Source: an uncultured candidate division Zixibacteria bacterium
GTDB taxonomy: Bacteria > Zixibacteria > MSB-5A5 > UBA10806
Direction: 5' to 3'
Assembly (NCBI GenBank): GCA_963801605.1
Contig: CAWDFP010000006.1
Location: forward strand, 1,600,001-1,664,000
DNA: 64,000 nt
The first letter of the stretch is position 1. Each line of letters opens with the position of its first letter. A program made the position numbers and the translations under genes. This document shows positions 50,159-61,697 of this stretch, one piece after another. Below the pieces are notes generated by a model. That model was not told the DNA's origin. It worked only from the letters and a program-made list of their open reading frames with translations, and made no database searches.

Positions 50159-50717
50159 ATGGATAGGCTGATATTCCCCGCCGTGTTTCTCGATCGCGAT
50201 GGCGTTATAATAAAAGAGAAAAATTTTCAGAGCGATCCCGTAACAATCGAATTTATCCCGGGCGCCATCGAGGCTTTATTCAGTATCAACGATTTGCAGA
50301 AAGTTGTTATTTCGAATCAATCGGGTGTGGCACGCGGCTATTTTACGGAGGACGATGTTATCAGATTCCATGCAGCGCTTGGATAAATTGCTAAAAGACC
50401 GGGGTGTAAAGATAAATGCCTGGTATTACTGTCCGCATGGTCCCGACGATGAGTGCTCCTGCAGAAAACCAAGGCCGGGCATGATTTTAAAAGCGGCGCA
50501 GGATTTACCAATCGATCTTGAAACAAGCTGGATGGTTGGAGATAAATCATCGGATATCGCGACCGGCAATGCCGCCGGACTTAACACCATTCTTGTCCGT
50601 ACCGGTTATGCCGGGAAAGAACCAGGCGCCAAAAATGTCAGACCGGATTATGTCGCGGATGATCTTTTGGCTGCAGTCGATATCATAAAAAAAGGGACGG
50701 CTGGATTGGGTCGATAG
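50159..50717 (+). CDS. gmhB: D-glycero-D-manno-heptose 1,7-bisphosphate phosphatase; frameshift near 50381
   Basis: FLDRDGVI, SNQSGVARG, CPH...CSCRKPRPGM, MVGDKSSD. Confidence 0.88.
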
Positions 50718-50753
50718 CATTCGCTGCGGCCGAATTCACAGGGTTTGCTTGTG

Positions 50754-53016
50754 ATGAGTCACTGTTATATCGGTTCCTTTCTGGCGCCATTTTTCCTGGC
50801 CCTGTTACTTATACCCCTCATAAAACCTCTGGCCATAAAAAGCGGATTCGTTCAAAGACCATCGGGTTCTCAGACAAGCCTCTATACAATTCCTCTGGGC
50901 GGCGGCCTTACCATATTCCTGGGACTTATTTTTGTGGTCATCGGAGTTACATCTCTGGCGACCTTCAGCGATCTCAGATCCATCAGCGGCTTGATGGCCG
51001 GAGCCATCCTCGTTTTTCTTATAGGTATTTACGATGATACTTACAAGATGGGAATTTGGGCCAAAATGCTTGGTCAGATTCTCTCCGCGATAATATTTCT
51101 TTCTTTTCTGGAAAGAGTTCCTCCCGTAATGTCGCTTCCCGCGTACTTTATTTTTGGGACAGTCTGGATAGTCGGCCTTCAAAACGCTTTTGACTTTCTC
51201 GATAATATGGACGGCCTTTGCGCCGGGGTTTCGCTCTCGATTGCCATCGGCCTTGGCGCTCTGTTTGTGCTTCGTGATATGCCCCTGTTCGCTGTCATAA
51301 GTTTCGCCCTGGCCGGCGGCGCGCTGGGATTTCTGAGGTTTAATTTTCCGCCGGCGGGGATTTATCTGGGTAGTACCGGCAGCCTGCTTTTCGGATACGC
51401 GCTTTCCTGTTTGGCAGTTGTACATCTGACAAGCTCCCGAAGTATGTCCAGCGCTTTAGCACCGCTATTGATAATGGCCTATCCTATTTTCGATTTAACT
51501 TTTGTTACTGTCAGTCGCCTCAACGATGGCCGTAAAGTATACATGGGGGGCAAGGATCATTCCTCCCATAAGATCAGTTTTCTGGGCTTGACGAGAAAGG
51601 CTACGGTATTCGCGATACTATCCGTCAATCTGTTATTGGTGGCTCTGGGAATCATTTTGTTTTTCATAGCTGAATCTCCATACCAAACCCTCATAATCGT
51701 AGCGCTGGCACTAATCCTGGCCTTCCTGGGCACGCATCTCTATAGAAATATTCTTTATCTACGTCAAAAGATCGCGTTTATTCTAATCGATATTGTCGCG
51801 ATAAATATGGCGTTTATCGTTTATCTGTTCGTCAAATATCCACAGGGACCGTTTTGGGCGTTTGTAGTTCCCAAGGACCTGATGATTTTGCTTGCCTGGA
51901 TTAATGTATTTTGGATTATGGTTTATTCCACCGGCGGTATATATGATCTTCCGAGAGAATTAAAATTTGGAAGCCATATCAAAGCCTTATTACGATTGGT
52001 TTTTGCAGGTTCATTAATCTTTGCCCTGGCCACATATCGCAGCGGAGACGGATTCCAGGTATCGTTAGCGTCATTAGGGCTATATGCGCTGATACTTGTC
52101 GGCTGCAATGTTATCTTCCGGTTAGGCTTATACACATATTTAGGAGTGCGGCAGAATCGATCCGTGAACAGGTTGGAGGCCGTGATCGTTAAGTTTCATC
52201 CGGGAGAAATCTGTTCGGCTATCAAGGAATTTTACAATCAATATTATCGAGTCAAAGGGTATGTTGGAGATCCGCCTGCCTCTTTCGAGGGATTTTTGGG
52301 CGATCGCGATAAACTTGGCGAAATCCTTCGAGAAAACCATCTGGCCCGGATAATTCTTGACGTTCCTGAGGATAATTATGAAAACCTCACGCCCATATTT
52401 AATTCAGCCTTTTATATGGAAACCCGTTACCTTACCAAAGACCCCGAATACGACAACTTAAAAGGATTGCATAAATATCCTACCCTTCATAAGGGAGTTT
52501 ATCTGATTTCTAACAGCCAGAAAAAAATATTTACAAGGCTAACCAAACGGATTTTCGATTTCTTTGTATCGGGGACGCTGCTGGTACTTTGTTCTCCTTA
52601 TATGCTGATAACAATTTGGCGCGCTTATAGCGGTAAATTTGATAAAATCCGGAAAGTGACGCTAGTGACCAGAACTGGAATCGAGAAAAAGGACTGGTGT
52701 CTCACCGATAAAGACGGCAAATACAGTTTCAGAAATCCCTGGGGTTTAATTGCCGTATTTAAGGGGGATTTGAGCCTGGTGGGAGCGACAATTACGGTTA
52801 AAGGCAATACCGGCGAGGATCGAATCGAAAAATTGCCGGGCCAATGGCGTAAATTTTTGGCTAAACCGGGCATTTGGGGTCCGGGATATTATGGCAGGAG
52901 CACTAAGGAACGCTTTGATTTAGATTTAAAGTACATAGAGAAAGCATCGCTTTTGCGCGATTTGGGTGTTATATTTAGACAAATGGTCAGATCCTCAAGT
53001 ATAAAGGTGGATAAAG

Positions 53017-53024
<8 letters not shown>
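50754..53024 (+). CDS. WecA/MraY-family polytopic phosphoglycosyltransferase fused to a degenerate WcaJ/WbaP-like module
   Basis: GIYDD, NAFDFLDNMDGL, FNFPPA, DHSSH; then four TMs and KRIFD...GDLSLVG...KPGIWG...DLKYI. Confidence 0.8.
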
Positions 53025-54292
<1,268 letters not shown>

Positions 54293-54294
54293 AT

Positions 54295-55530
54295 TTGGTG
54301 GCGCGCAGAAATTACAGCAGCAAACTTTATGTCGGGTATTCCTGGTTTTTTAAGGCTTTTCTGGCAATCGGTTTGATCGGTGTAATCGGGCTATTTATTT
54401 ATTTTAACCAAGCGGTGGTCCGCGATCTTCGCCGTGATGCTGCCAAGGTCAGCGAGGCTTACGCTCGCTTGATTCAATACGGCGCCAGCGAAGCCACCGA
54501 CCCGGCCGTCATCAATTTCATTTTCGATAATATTATCGCCAAAGTTAATTTCCCGATCATCGTTACCGACCGCAACGGGACGCCATCCGCCTGGACCATG
54601 AAATATAGTCCCAATGATACCTCAACCGCCACCCGCCAAATCCTGCTTAAATCTATCAAACAATTCGATAGCCAGAATAAGCCGATTGAAATATGGTCCG
54701 ATAGTACGGTCATCAGTATTCTGCACTATGGTGATTCTGATCTGATCGGCAAGCTCCGGCTCATACCAGTCGTGGAAATGACGGTTTTAGCTCTTTTTAT
54801 TCTGGTAGCTTTTGTGGGATTCAGGAATATCAAGCGGGCCGAACAGCGCTCCATCTGGGTAGGCATGGCCAAAGAGACGGCCCATCAACTTGGCACTCCG
54901 TTGTCGTCGTTAATAGGTTGGGTGGAGCTTCTTAAGATTCGCCATCAGGAGGGAAAAATTCAGGTTACCTCAGAATTCCGCGATGGCGATTTTACGAATA
55001 TCATGGATCGCATGCTGGGCGATCTCAGAAGATTGGATCGGATCGCCACCAGGTTCGGACGAATTGGCTCTGCACCGGAGCTATCCGAACATAATGTCAA
55101 CGACGCGGTAAAAGATGTGTTGGACTATTTGAAAGTACGGCTTCCATCCGGCGGCATCTCGATCAAAGAGACTTATGGTGATCTTCCGGCGGTAATGATC
55201 AATCCCGAACTTCTAATGTGGGTAATCGAGAATCTGGTTAAAAACTCGATGGAAGCCACTAACGCCAAAACGGGAGTTATCAGCGTTTCGACCACTCATA
55301 ACGCGGTCCAGAAGAAAGTTGTTATCGTAATTGAGGATAACGGGCGCGGAATACCCGCTGGAGAGCAGAACAAGATATTTTCTCCGGGATTTACCACTAA
55401 GAAAAGAGGCTGGGGCCTGGGTTTGACTCTCGCCAGGCGAATTGTCGAGGAGTATCACGGAGGACGAATCAGCCTTAAATCCTCGGAGCCAAACGTTAAA
55501 ACGATATTTATGGTGGAATTGCCTGTATGA
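54295..55530 (+). CDS. Membrane sensor histidine kinase (PorY-like)
   Basis: Two TMs; H-box WVGMAKETAHQLGTPLSSL; N-box ENLVKN; DNGRG; GFTTKKRGWGLGL. Confidence 0.9.
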   Translation: MVARRNYSSKLYVGYSWFFKAFLAIGLIGVIGLFIYFNQAVVRDLRRDAAKVSEAYARLIQYGASEATDPAVINFIFDNIIAKVNFPIIVTDRNGTPSAWTMKYSPNDTSTATRQILLKSIKQFDSQNKPIEIWSDSTVISILHYGDSDLIGKLRLIPVVEMTVLALFILVAFVGFRNIKRAEQRSIWVGMAKETAHQLGTPLSSLIGWVELLKIRHQEGKIQVTSEFRDGDFTNIMDRMLGDLRRLDRIATRFGRIGSAPELSEHNVNDAVKDVLDYLKVRLPSGGISIKETYGDLPAVMINPELLMWVIENLVKNSMEATNAKTGVISVSTTHNAVQKKVVIVIEDNGRGIPAGEQNKIFSPGFTTKKRGWGLGLTLARRIVEEYHGGRISLKSSEPNVKTIFMVELPV

Positions 55531-57092
55531 ATATGTTTAAAGATGACGCCAAAACGATTCTTTGGGTCGATGATGAAATCGATCTGCTATCTGCTCATTT
55601 TATTTTTCTAAAGGATAAAGGATATAAGATCCTCAGCGCCTCCAACGGCGATGACGCTATCGAGATCGTGGCCAAAGGCGGAGTCGATCTCGTATTACTC
55701 GATGAAATGATGCCCGGCCGTGACGGCCTTTCCACGTTGGTGGGGATTAAGGATGTCGATCCGCTATTGCCCGTAATCATGGTTACCAAGTCAGAGGAAG
55801 AGCATCTAATGAACGAGGCGATCGGTAAAAAAATCGACGATTATCTTACCAAGCCCGTAAACTTGAGCCAGGTGCTTTCCGCCATAAAAAGAATTCTGGA
55901 GCGTCAAAAACTCACTGAAAATACACTGACCCGTGAATTCGTTATGGATTTCCAGCGTATCAACGGATTGCTTTCCGGCCCGCTTTCCTGGCAGGATTGG
56001 ATCGATATCCATGTCAAGCTATCCGAAATCGATCTTGAGCTTGAAAAATTCCGTGACGTTGGGCTTAAAACTTCGCATCAGGACCTCAAAAAAATCACCA
56101 GCGCCGAGTTCGGTACTTTCGTCATGAAGAATTACCGTCACTGGCTCCGCACCAACAGCGGTCCGCCTTTTTCGGTTAATGTGATCGAAAATTTCGTAGC
56201 GCCACATTTACGCGAGGGCAAACAGACATTTTTCATAGTAGTTGATTGTATGAGACTGGACCAGTGGCTGATGATCGAGCCGATTATCGGCGAGTATTTT
56301 TCGATTAAGAAAGATTATTACTATTCGATATTGCCGACCGCCACTCCTTTTTCGCGTAACAGTATATTCGCAGGCGAATTTCCCGATAAGGTCTCCGATC
56401 TTTATCCCGAGCTGTGGGTGCGCGACGGCAACGAATCAAGCCGCAACCGTCATGAACGTCAACTTTTAGATCGTCAGCTTGCCAAGCTGGGATTGAAATT
56501 TAAGAATGAGCCCAAGTATATCAAGGTACTCGATTTTGAAGAAGGCCAGAATCTGGCCAGAAAAATAACCAGCTACCAGGCTGTGCCGCTTCTTTCAGTG
56601 GTATTTAATTTCGTTGATATTCTGGTTCATGGCCGCTCCGAATCGGAAATATTGCAGGAAGTCGCCCCTAATGAGGCCGCTTTCCGTTCCCTGATGCGAT
56701 CCTGGTTTGAATATTCGCACATGTTCGAACTTCTCCGCAAGTTGGCGGAGTGGGATTGCAGGGTGGTAATTACAACCGATCACGGCTCGGTAATTGGCAC
56801 CAGAGGCGCCCTGGCTTATGGGAAAAAGGATACGTCAACCAATTTGCGATATAAATACGGCGACAATCTAAATTGCGATCCCAAGCAAGCCTGGCTAATA
56901 AAAGAGCCCAAAGAGCTTCGACTGCCGACCTGGGGGCTGGCTACAACTTATATCATCGCTCTCGAGGATTACTACTTTGTCTATCCCACCAAGTATTCCG
57001 AATACAAGCGTCAATACCATAATAGTTTCCAGCATGGCGGCATCAGTCTCGATGAGATGATACTTCCGGTTATTACCCTTCAGCCGAAATAA
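55527..57092 (+). CDS. porX: PorX-like response regulator (receiver + PglZ alkaline-phosphatase-superfamily domain)
   Basis: WVDDE, LLDEMMPG, KP; VDCMRLDQW, SILPTATPFSRN, TTDHG, TNLRYK, FQHGGISLDEM; no DNA-binding domain. Confidence 0.88.
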   Translation: MNMFKDDAKTILWVDDEIDLLSAHFIFLKDKGYKILSASNGDDAIEIVAKGGVDLVLLDEMMPGRDGLSTLVGIKDVDPLLPVIMVTKSEEEHLMNEAIGKKIDDYLTKPVNLSQVLSAIKRILERQKLTENTLTREFVMDFQRINGLLSGPLSWQDWIDIHVKLSEIDLELEKFRDVGLKTSHQDLKKITSAEFGTFVMKNYRHWLRTNSGPPFSVNVIENFVAPHLREGKQTFFIVVDCMRLDQWLMIEPIIGEYFSIKKDYYYSILPTATPFSRNSIFAGEFPDKVSDLYPELWVRDGNESSRNRHERQLLDRQLAKLGLKFKNEPKYIKVLDFEEGQNLARKITSYQAVPLLSVVFNFVDILVHGRSESEILQEVAPNEAAFRSLMRSWFEYSHMFELLRKLAEWDCRVVITTDHGSVIGTRGALAYGKKDTSTNLRYKYGDNLNCDPKQAWLIKEPKELRLPTWGLATTYIIALEDYYFVYPTKYSEYKRQYHNSFQHGGISLDEMILPVITLQPK

Positions 57093-57157
57093 TCCGGGTG
57101 CCGGAGACTAAATAATAAGTTTGAACAATCTGGACATCTGTCATATCTTTTTGCCAA

Positions 57158-57599
57158 ATGAAGCAGCTTATTTTAATAGAATCGCTCTCAAGCGACGAAA
57201 CCGAGCAGATCGCCTCAGAGTTGGCCTCAGTTCTCAGGCCTAACGATGTGGTTGCGCTCTATGGGCCGCTGGGAGCCGGCAAAACCACATTCGTGCGAGG
57301 TCTGGCTCGCGGCCTGGGATGCCTGAAGAGCGTCAGAAGCCCGTCTTTCAGCCTGATAAACGAATACCCCGGACCGATTCCACTTTATCATATCGATTTT
57401 TATCGTCTTGAATGGCCGGGCAGAGATCGAGGATTTAGGCTGGACCGATTATCTCGATTCGGACGCTGTGGTGGCGATTGAGTGGCCGGAGAAGATCAAA
57501 AACATGTTGCCGATCAAGAGGTTTGAGGTTTATCTTTCGTTTTATGGGGAAGATGCCCGGACGGTGGAAATAGTTGCGCTCGATAATACTGGGAATTGA
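57158..57599 (+). CDS. tsaE: tRNA threonylcarbamoyladenosine biosynthesis ATPase; frameshift near 57410
   Basis: GPLGAGKT, SPSF, HIDFYRL, IEWP. Confidence 0.93.
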
Positions 57600-58251
57600 C
57601 AGCTCCGATGAGTTTCTCTCGGTGGGATTAACGAAATCCAACGAGATGCTTATATCGCGTTCATCTGAGCCGGGTTCGAAGAATAAAAATATGCTTCACC
57701 AGCATTTACGCAACGTCCTGGACGAAGCTAATGTTAATATGGATGACATCGAAGGGGTGGCGGTTGTCATTGGACCGGGGTCGTTTACAGGTCTCAGGGT
57801 TGGCCTGGCGGTAGCCAAAGGAATCTGTTGGTCGTTGGATTTGCCTCTTATCGGGGTTTCATCTCTAATGGCTATTGCTCATTGTTCATCGCCAGAGTTG
57901 GAACGCGTTGTAGTTGTGAAAGATGCCAGGCGTAACGAGTTTTATTTTGCGGCCTATCAGCGATCCGGCGAAAGAATCGAACAGGTAGTCCAGGATTCGG
58001 TTGGGCCGGCGGATGAGTTGTTCGGCATAATCTCCAGCGGTTTCAAGGCTGTAGGGCCGGGTGTAGTTGAGCTTCGCAAGTATGCCTCGGCGGCACAATT
58101 TGAACTGAACGAGGGCTACGATAGGCAGTGCCTGGGGGGAGCCGTGGCGAGTCTGGGACGCCATAAACTAGATGCCGGTGAAACTCTGGAGGTTGCCAAC
58201 GCCGCGCCGGTTTATATCAGGAATCCGAGGCCGAGAGAGTGGAAACCGTAG
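57574..58251 (+). CDS. tsaB: tRNA threonylcarbamoyladenosine biosynthesis protein
   Basis: LGIDSS, GPGSFTGLRVG, DARRNE, PVYIR. Confidence 0.95.
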   Translation: MRSIILGIDSSDEFLSVGLTKSNEMLISRSSEPGSKNKNMLHQHLRNVLDEANVNMDDIEGVAVVIGPGSFTGLRVGLAVAKGICWSLDLPLIGVSSLMAIAHCSSPELERVVVVKDARRNEFYFAAYQRSGERIEQVVQDSVGPADELFGIISSGFKAVGPGVVELRKYASAAQFELNEGYDRQCLGGAVASLGRHKLDAGETLEVANAAPVYIRNPRPREWKP

Positions 58252-58254
58252 CCT

Positions 58255-58699
58255 ATGGCGGAAATCACTTTTCGTAAAATGACTGAAAGCGATCTCGATA
58301 GAGTGGTCGCTATGGAAAAGGAGATATTTTCCGATCCCTGGGATTACAACGCTTTCGACAGCGATCTTAAGAATGAGCATTGCTGGCCGGTTGTGGCAGA
58401 ACAGGACGGTACTATTGTCGGCTACAGCATAAGCTTATATTGTTGCCGACGAGCTTCAAATAGGGAATTTTGGAGTGGCGGAGTCGTTTAAAAGGCAGGG
58501 AATCGGAAAGAAGATGATGGACGAGATAATAAAAATCGCTCAGGAAAAAAGCTGCGATTCGATATATCTGGAGGTCCGCGAATCAAACAAGGCCGCTCAG
58601 GCGCTCTATTATTCGTTTGGATTTGAAGCGGTGGGCCGCCGGATCGGATATTACCGCAGTCCGCGCGAGAATGCAATATTAATGGCTAAGGAGCTTTAA
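58255..58699 (+). CDS. rimI: Ribosomal-protein-alanine N-acetyltransferase; frameshift near 58432
   Basis: FSDPW, (A)YIVADELQIGNFGV, RQGIG, LEVRESN, RIGYY. Confidence 0.9.
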
Positions 58700-59570
58700 T
58701 GGTCGACTGGTTTAATCGTTCCAAGAAAAATATTCCGGCTGCAGATAAGCGCGAGATACCCGATGGCGTCTGGACCAAGTGCCAATCGTGCAGCGAAATT
58801 CTGACTGTCATGTCGCTTGAAAAGAATTTCTGGGTTTGTCCCAAATGCGAATTTCATTTTCGCATTCCGGCGACTACTTATCTCAGCCTTATTATCGATC
58901 CCGGATACGTTCGAGGAATACGATGCAGCGCTTACCTCGCTGGATCCCGTTAGAGTTCAAGGATCTGAAAAAATATCCTGAGCGAATCGCGGCAGCCCGC
59001 AAGAAAGACCGGCCGTAACGATGCATTGATTGCCGGATTGGGCAAAATCGACGGACTCGATGTATCATTTTCAGTGATGGATTTTGATTTTATCGGAGGC
59101 AGCATGGGAAGCGTGGTGGGGGAGAAGGTAGCCCGCTCCATCGAACGTTCGATAGATAAAAAGATTCCGCTGGTCATCGTCTCCTGTTCCGGCGGCGCCC
59201 GCATGATGGAGGGCATTCTATCTCTCATGCAGATGGCCAAAACGTCGGCCTTGCTGGCGGTCCTGAATAAGATGAAAATTCCTTTCATTTCGGTTCTGAC
59301 CAATCCCGACAACAGCCGGTGTTATGGCCTCGTATGCCTCGCTGGGTGATATCATCATTGCCGAGCCGAAAGCGCTGTTGGGCTTTGCGGGCCCTCGGGT
59401 GATTGCCCAAACCATCGGCGGAGAATTGCCGCCCGGATTCCAATCATCGGAGTTTTTCCTCGATCATGGTTTTTTAGACGCCATTGTATCGAGACCGCGA
59501 TCTTAAAAAGACGATTTCACAACTTCTTAAATATATGCTACCGGCTTATCAATTGCAGAAAATGGAATAG
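58699..59570 (+). CDS. accD: Acetyl-CoA carboxylase carboxyltransferase beta subunit; about five frameshifts (near 58901, 58948, 59006, 59308, 59495)
   Basis: WTKCQSC...CPKC zinc finger, [33 protein letters not shown]. Confidence 0.93.
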
Positions 59571-59576
59571 GTATCG

Positions 59577-60854
59577 ATGGAGTACAACGAGGTAATCGAT
59601 TATATCCTGCAGATGGAGAGGTTTGGGATGAAACTCGGCCTTTCCAATATCACCAGATTTTTATCTTATATCGGAAATCCCCAAAACGGTTATCCCATGA
59701 TTCATGTGGCCGGAACCAACGGCAAAGGCTCTACCGTAGCCATCATGGAGTCAATCCTTATTGCGGCTGGATTTCGGGTCGGGGTATACACATCGCCCCA
59801 TCTTGTGGATTTTAGAGAACGGATTAAAATCAATGGAAGGCTAATCGAGAAAAAATATATAACTGAGTTTTTTAATACCAATATCAAGAAGATCGAAAGC
59901 CTGCCAATCACTTTTTTCGAAACCGTGACCGCACTGGCCTTTTCTTATTTCAAAGACGAGAAAGTCGATGTCGCTTTGATCGAGACCGGTATGGGCGGGC
60001 GTCTCGATGCTACCAATGTAATAACGCCCAGTGTCACCGTAATCACCAATGTCGAATCGGAACATACCCAGTGGCTGGGATTCAAGGTCCGCCAAATTGC
60101 CTTTGAAAAAGCCGGCATTATTAAAAGCGGAGTTCCGGTTGTGACGGCGGCACAGAATTTCGATGCCCGCCATATAATTCGTCAGGTTTGCCAGCAAAAT
60201 AAAAGCAAACTGATATCGATATTTGACGAAACGCAGTGGGTGGTGAAAAGCATTACTCGCGATGGTTCCGAGCTTGATATTTTCACCAGATCCAATAAGT
60301 ATTTTAACCTCAGGCTGGCTCTTCCGGGACGTCACCAGATGGAAAATTCCATTTGTGCCCTGATAGCCGTGGAGCTTTTAGAACAGGAAACCGGTCTTAA
60401 AACGTCATCGCTGGCGGTCGCCCAGGGCTTTAGAAATGTCAAATGGGATGGGCGCTTGCAGCGTATCAGCGCGTCCCCCGAGATTATTCTCGATGTAGCT
60501 CATAATCCCGCAGCACTGACCCGCATCAGAGAATATTTTACTGAGTTTTACGCCGATAAAAAGATCATCGCTGTATTTGGCATATTATCCGATAAAGATT
60601 ATCACAAGATGATTGAGGAGCTTGATCGCATCGCCGATGTCATCATCCTGACCAAGCCCATGACGGAGCGCGCTGCCGATCCCAACCTGTTAGCAGAGGA
60701 CGTCGCCAAAATAAATAGTAATTTCCAGATTATTCCTATGGTTCGCGATGCTTTCCAGTCTGCCAAAGAGCATAGTAACCCCGAAGACGTTATCCTCATA
60801 ACCGGCTCGCATTATACGGTTGGCGAGGTTCTCTCGAACCTATCCCAAATTTAG
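59577..60854 (+). CDS. folC: Folylpolyglutamate synthase / dihydrofolate synthase
   Basis: HVAGTNGKGS, TSPHL, ETGMGGRLDATN, LDVAHNP, TGSHY. Confidence 0.96.
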   Translation: MEYNEVIDYILQMERFGMKLGLSNITRFLSYIGNPQNGYPMIHVAGTNGKGSTVAIMESILIAAGFRVGVYTSPHLVDFRERIKINGRLIEKKYITEFFNTNIKKIESLPITFFETVTALAFSYFKDEKVDVALIETGMGGRLDATNVITPSVTVITNVESEHTQWLGFKVRQIAFEKAGIIKSGVPVVTAAQNFDARHIIRQVCQQNKSKLISIFDETQWVVKSITRDGSELDIFTRSNKYFNLRLALPGRHQMENSICALIAVELLEQETGLKTSSLAVAQGFRNVKWDGRLQRISASPEIILDVAHNPAALTRIREYFTEFYADKKIIAVFGILSDKDYHKMIEELDRIADVIILTKPMTERAADPNLLAEDVAKINSNFQIIPMVRDAFQSAKEHSNPEDVILITGSHYTVGEVLSNLSQI

Positions 60855-61016
60855 GATTCGGCGTTAAGCAGGTTTTAACCGCATGAAGCATGACAGGCGC
60901 AACCTAAGCATCGGGTTGCCGCTCAAACCCCTTTGATAATTTTAACATCATTCTATTTTTTGATAGATAGTTGACAAATGAGGTTTGAGATATGATATTA
61001 TTCATCGCTAATAATT

Positions 61017-61090
61017 GCGCCCATAGCTCAATTGGATAGAGCATCTGACTTCGGATCAGAGGGTTGGGGGTTCAAGTCCTCCTGGGCGTA
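61017..61090 (+). tRNA. tRNA-Arg (anticodon UCG), CCA not encoded
   Basis: Acceptor GCGCCCA/TGGGCGT; D arm GCTC...GAGC; anticodon arm TCTGA-CT TCG GA-TCAGA; T-loop TTCAAGT; TTGACA at 60971 upstream. Confidence 0.95.
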
Positions 61091-61145
61091 TTTTGTTGAG
61101 GGAAAGCCGAAACGGGTCCATTGAAATTCAATAGGAGGAGGCACT

Positions 61146-61643
61146 ATGATTTCCGATAAAAATCCGCTCCTGGTTTCACAGATCAAGTTTTGGCGGGAGC
61201 AACTCAAGCCCTCGATCCTTAAATCTCTCGAATGTTCGCCCGATGATAAGTTGAACTGGGCGCCCGCGACCGGTATGATAACCCTGGGAAACCTCTATTC
61301 GCATATTTCGGAATGCTCGGAATGGTGGTTCGATCAGGTCGTTTGCGGAGGTAAATCCGAGAGGGCTCGAACTACGCCCAAATCACCGGTGTTATCAAAG
61401 GCCGGAATCAGCAATTATATGGATGCTCATTGGGAACGTCTGGAACGTTTTTTTACGGCGGATCCGTCGATTCTTAAGAAATCATATAAGGTATCGGGAC
61501 GGGATAAGACGCATAATTTCGATGGTTACTGGATATTCACCCATTTACTGGAACATGATATCCATCACCGCAGCCAGATTAATCAGTATCTCAGAATCCT
61601 GGGAATAAACCCGCCCAATATTATGAATATAGGCTGTAATTAA
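61146..61643 (+). CDS. DinB family protein
   Basis: AGGAGG RBS; TLGNLYSHI; HLLEHDIHHRSQ...YLR. Confidence 0.88.
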   Translation: MISDKNPLLVSQIKFWREQLKPSILKSLECSPDDKLNWAPATGMITLGNLYSHISECSEWWFDQVVCGGKSERARTTPKSPVLSKAGISNYMDAHWERLERFFTADPSILKKSYKVSGRDKTHNFDGYWIFTHLLEHDIHHRSQINQYLRILGINPPNIMNIGCN

Positions 61644-61697
61644 AGCGCCATTTTACACTATTTGATTATTACCAGGGCCAGAAAAGCTTGAGTATTA

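Noticed and set aside
30038..51425. Long antisense ORFs (30038..30739, 32496..33209, 40250..40915, 45366..45851, 50805..51425)
   Set aside because: Shadows of well-supported + strand genes with no recognisable motifs.
55527..57092. BREX defence system (PglZ domain)
   Set aside because: The PglZ domain is fused to a receiver domain beside a kinase and tsaE; no brxC, pglX or brxL is present.
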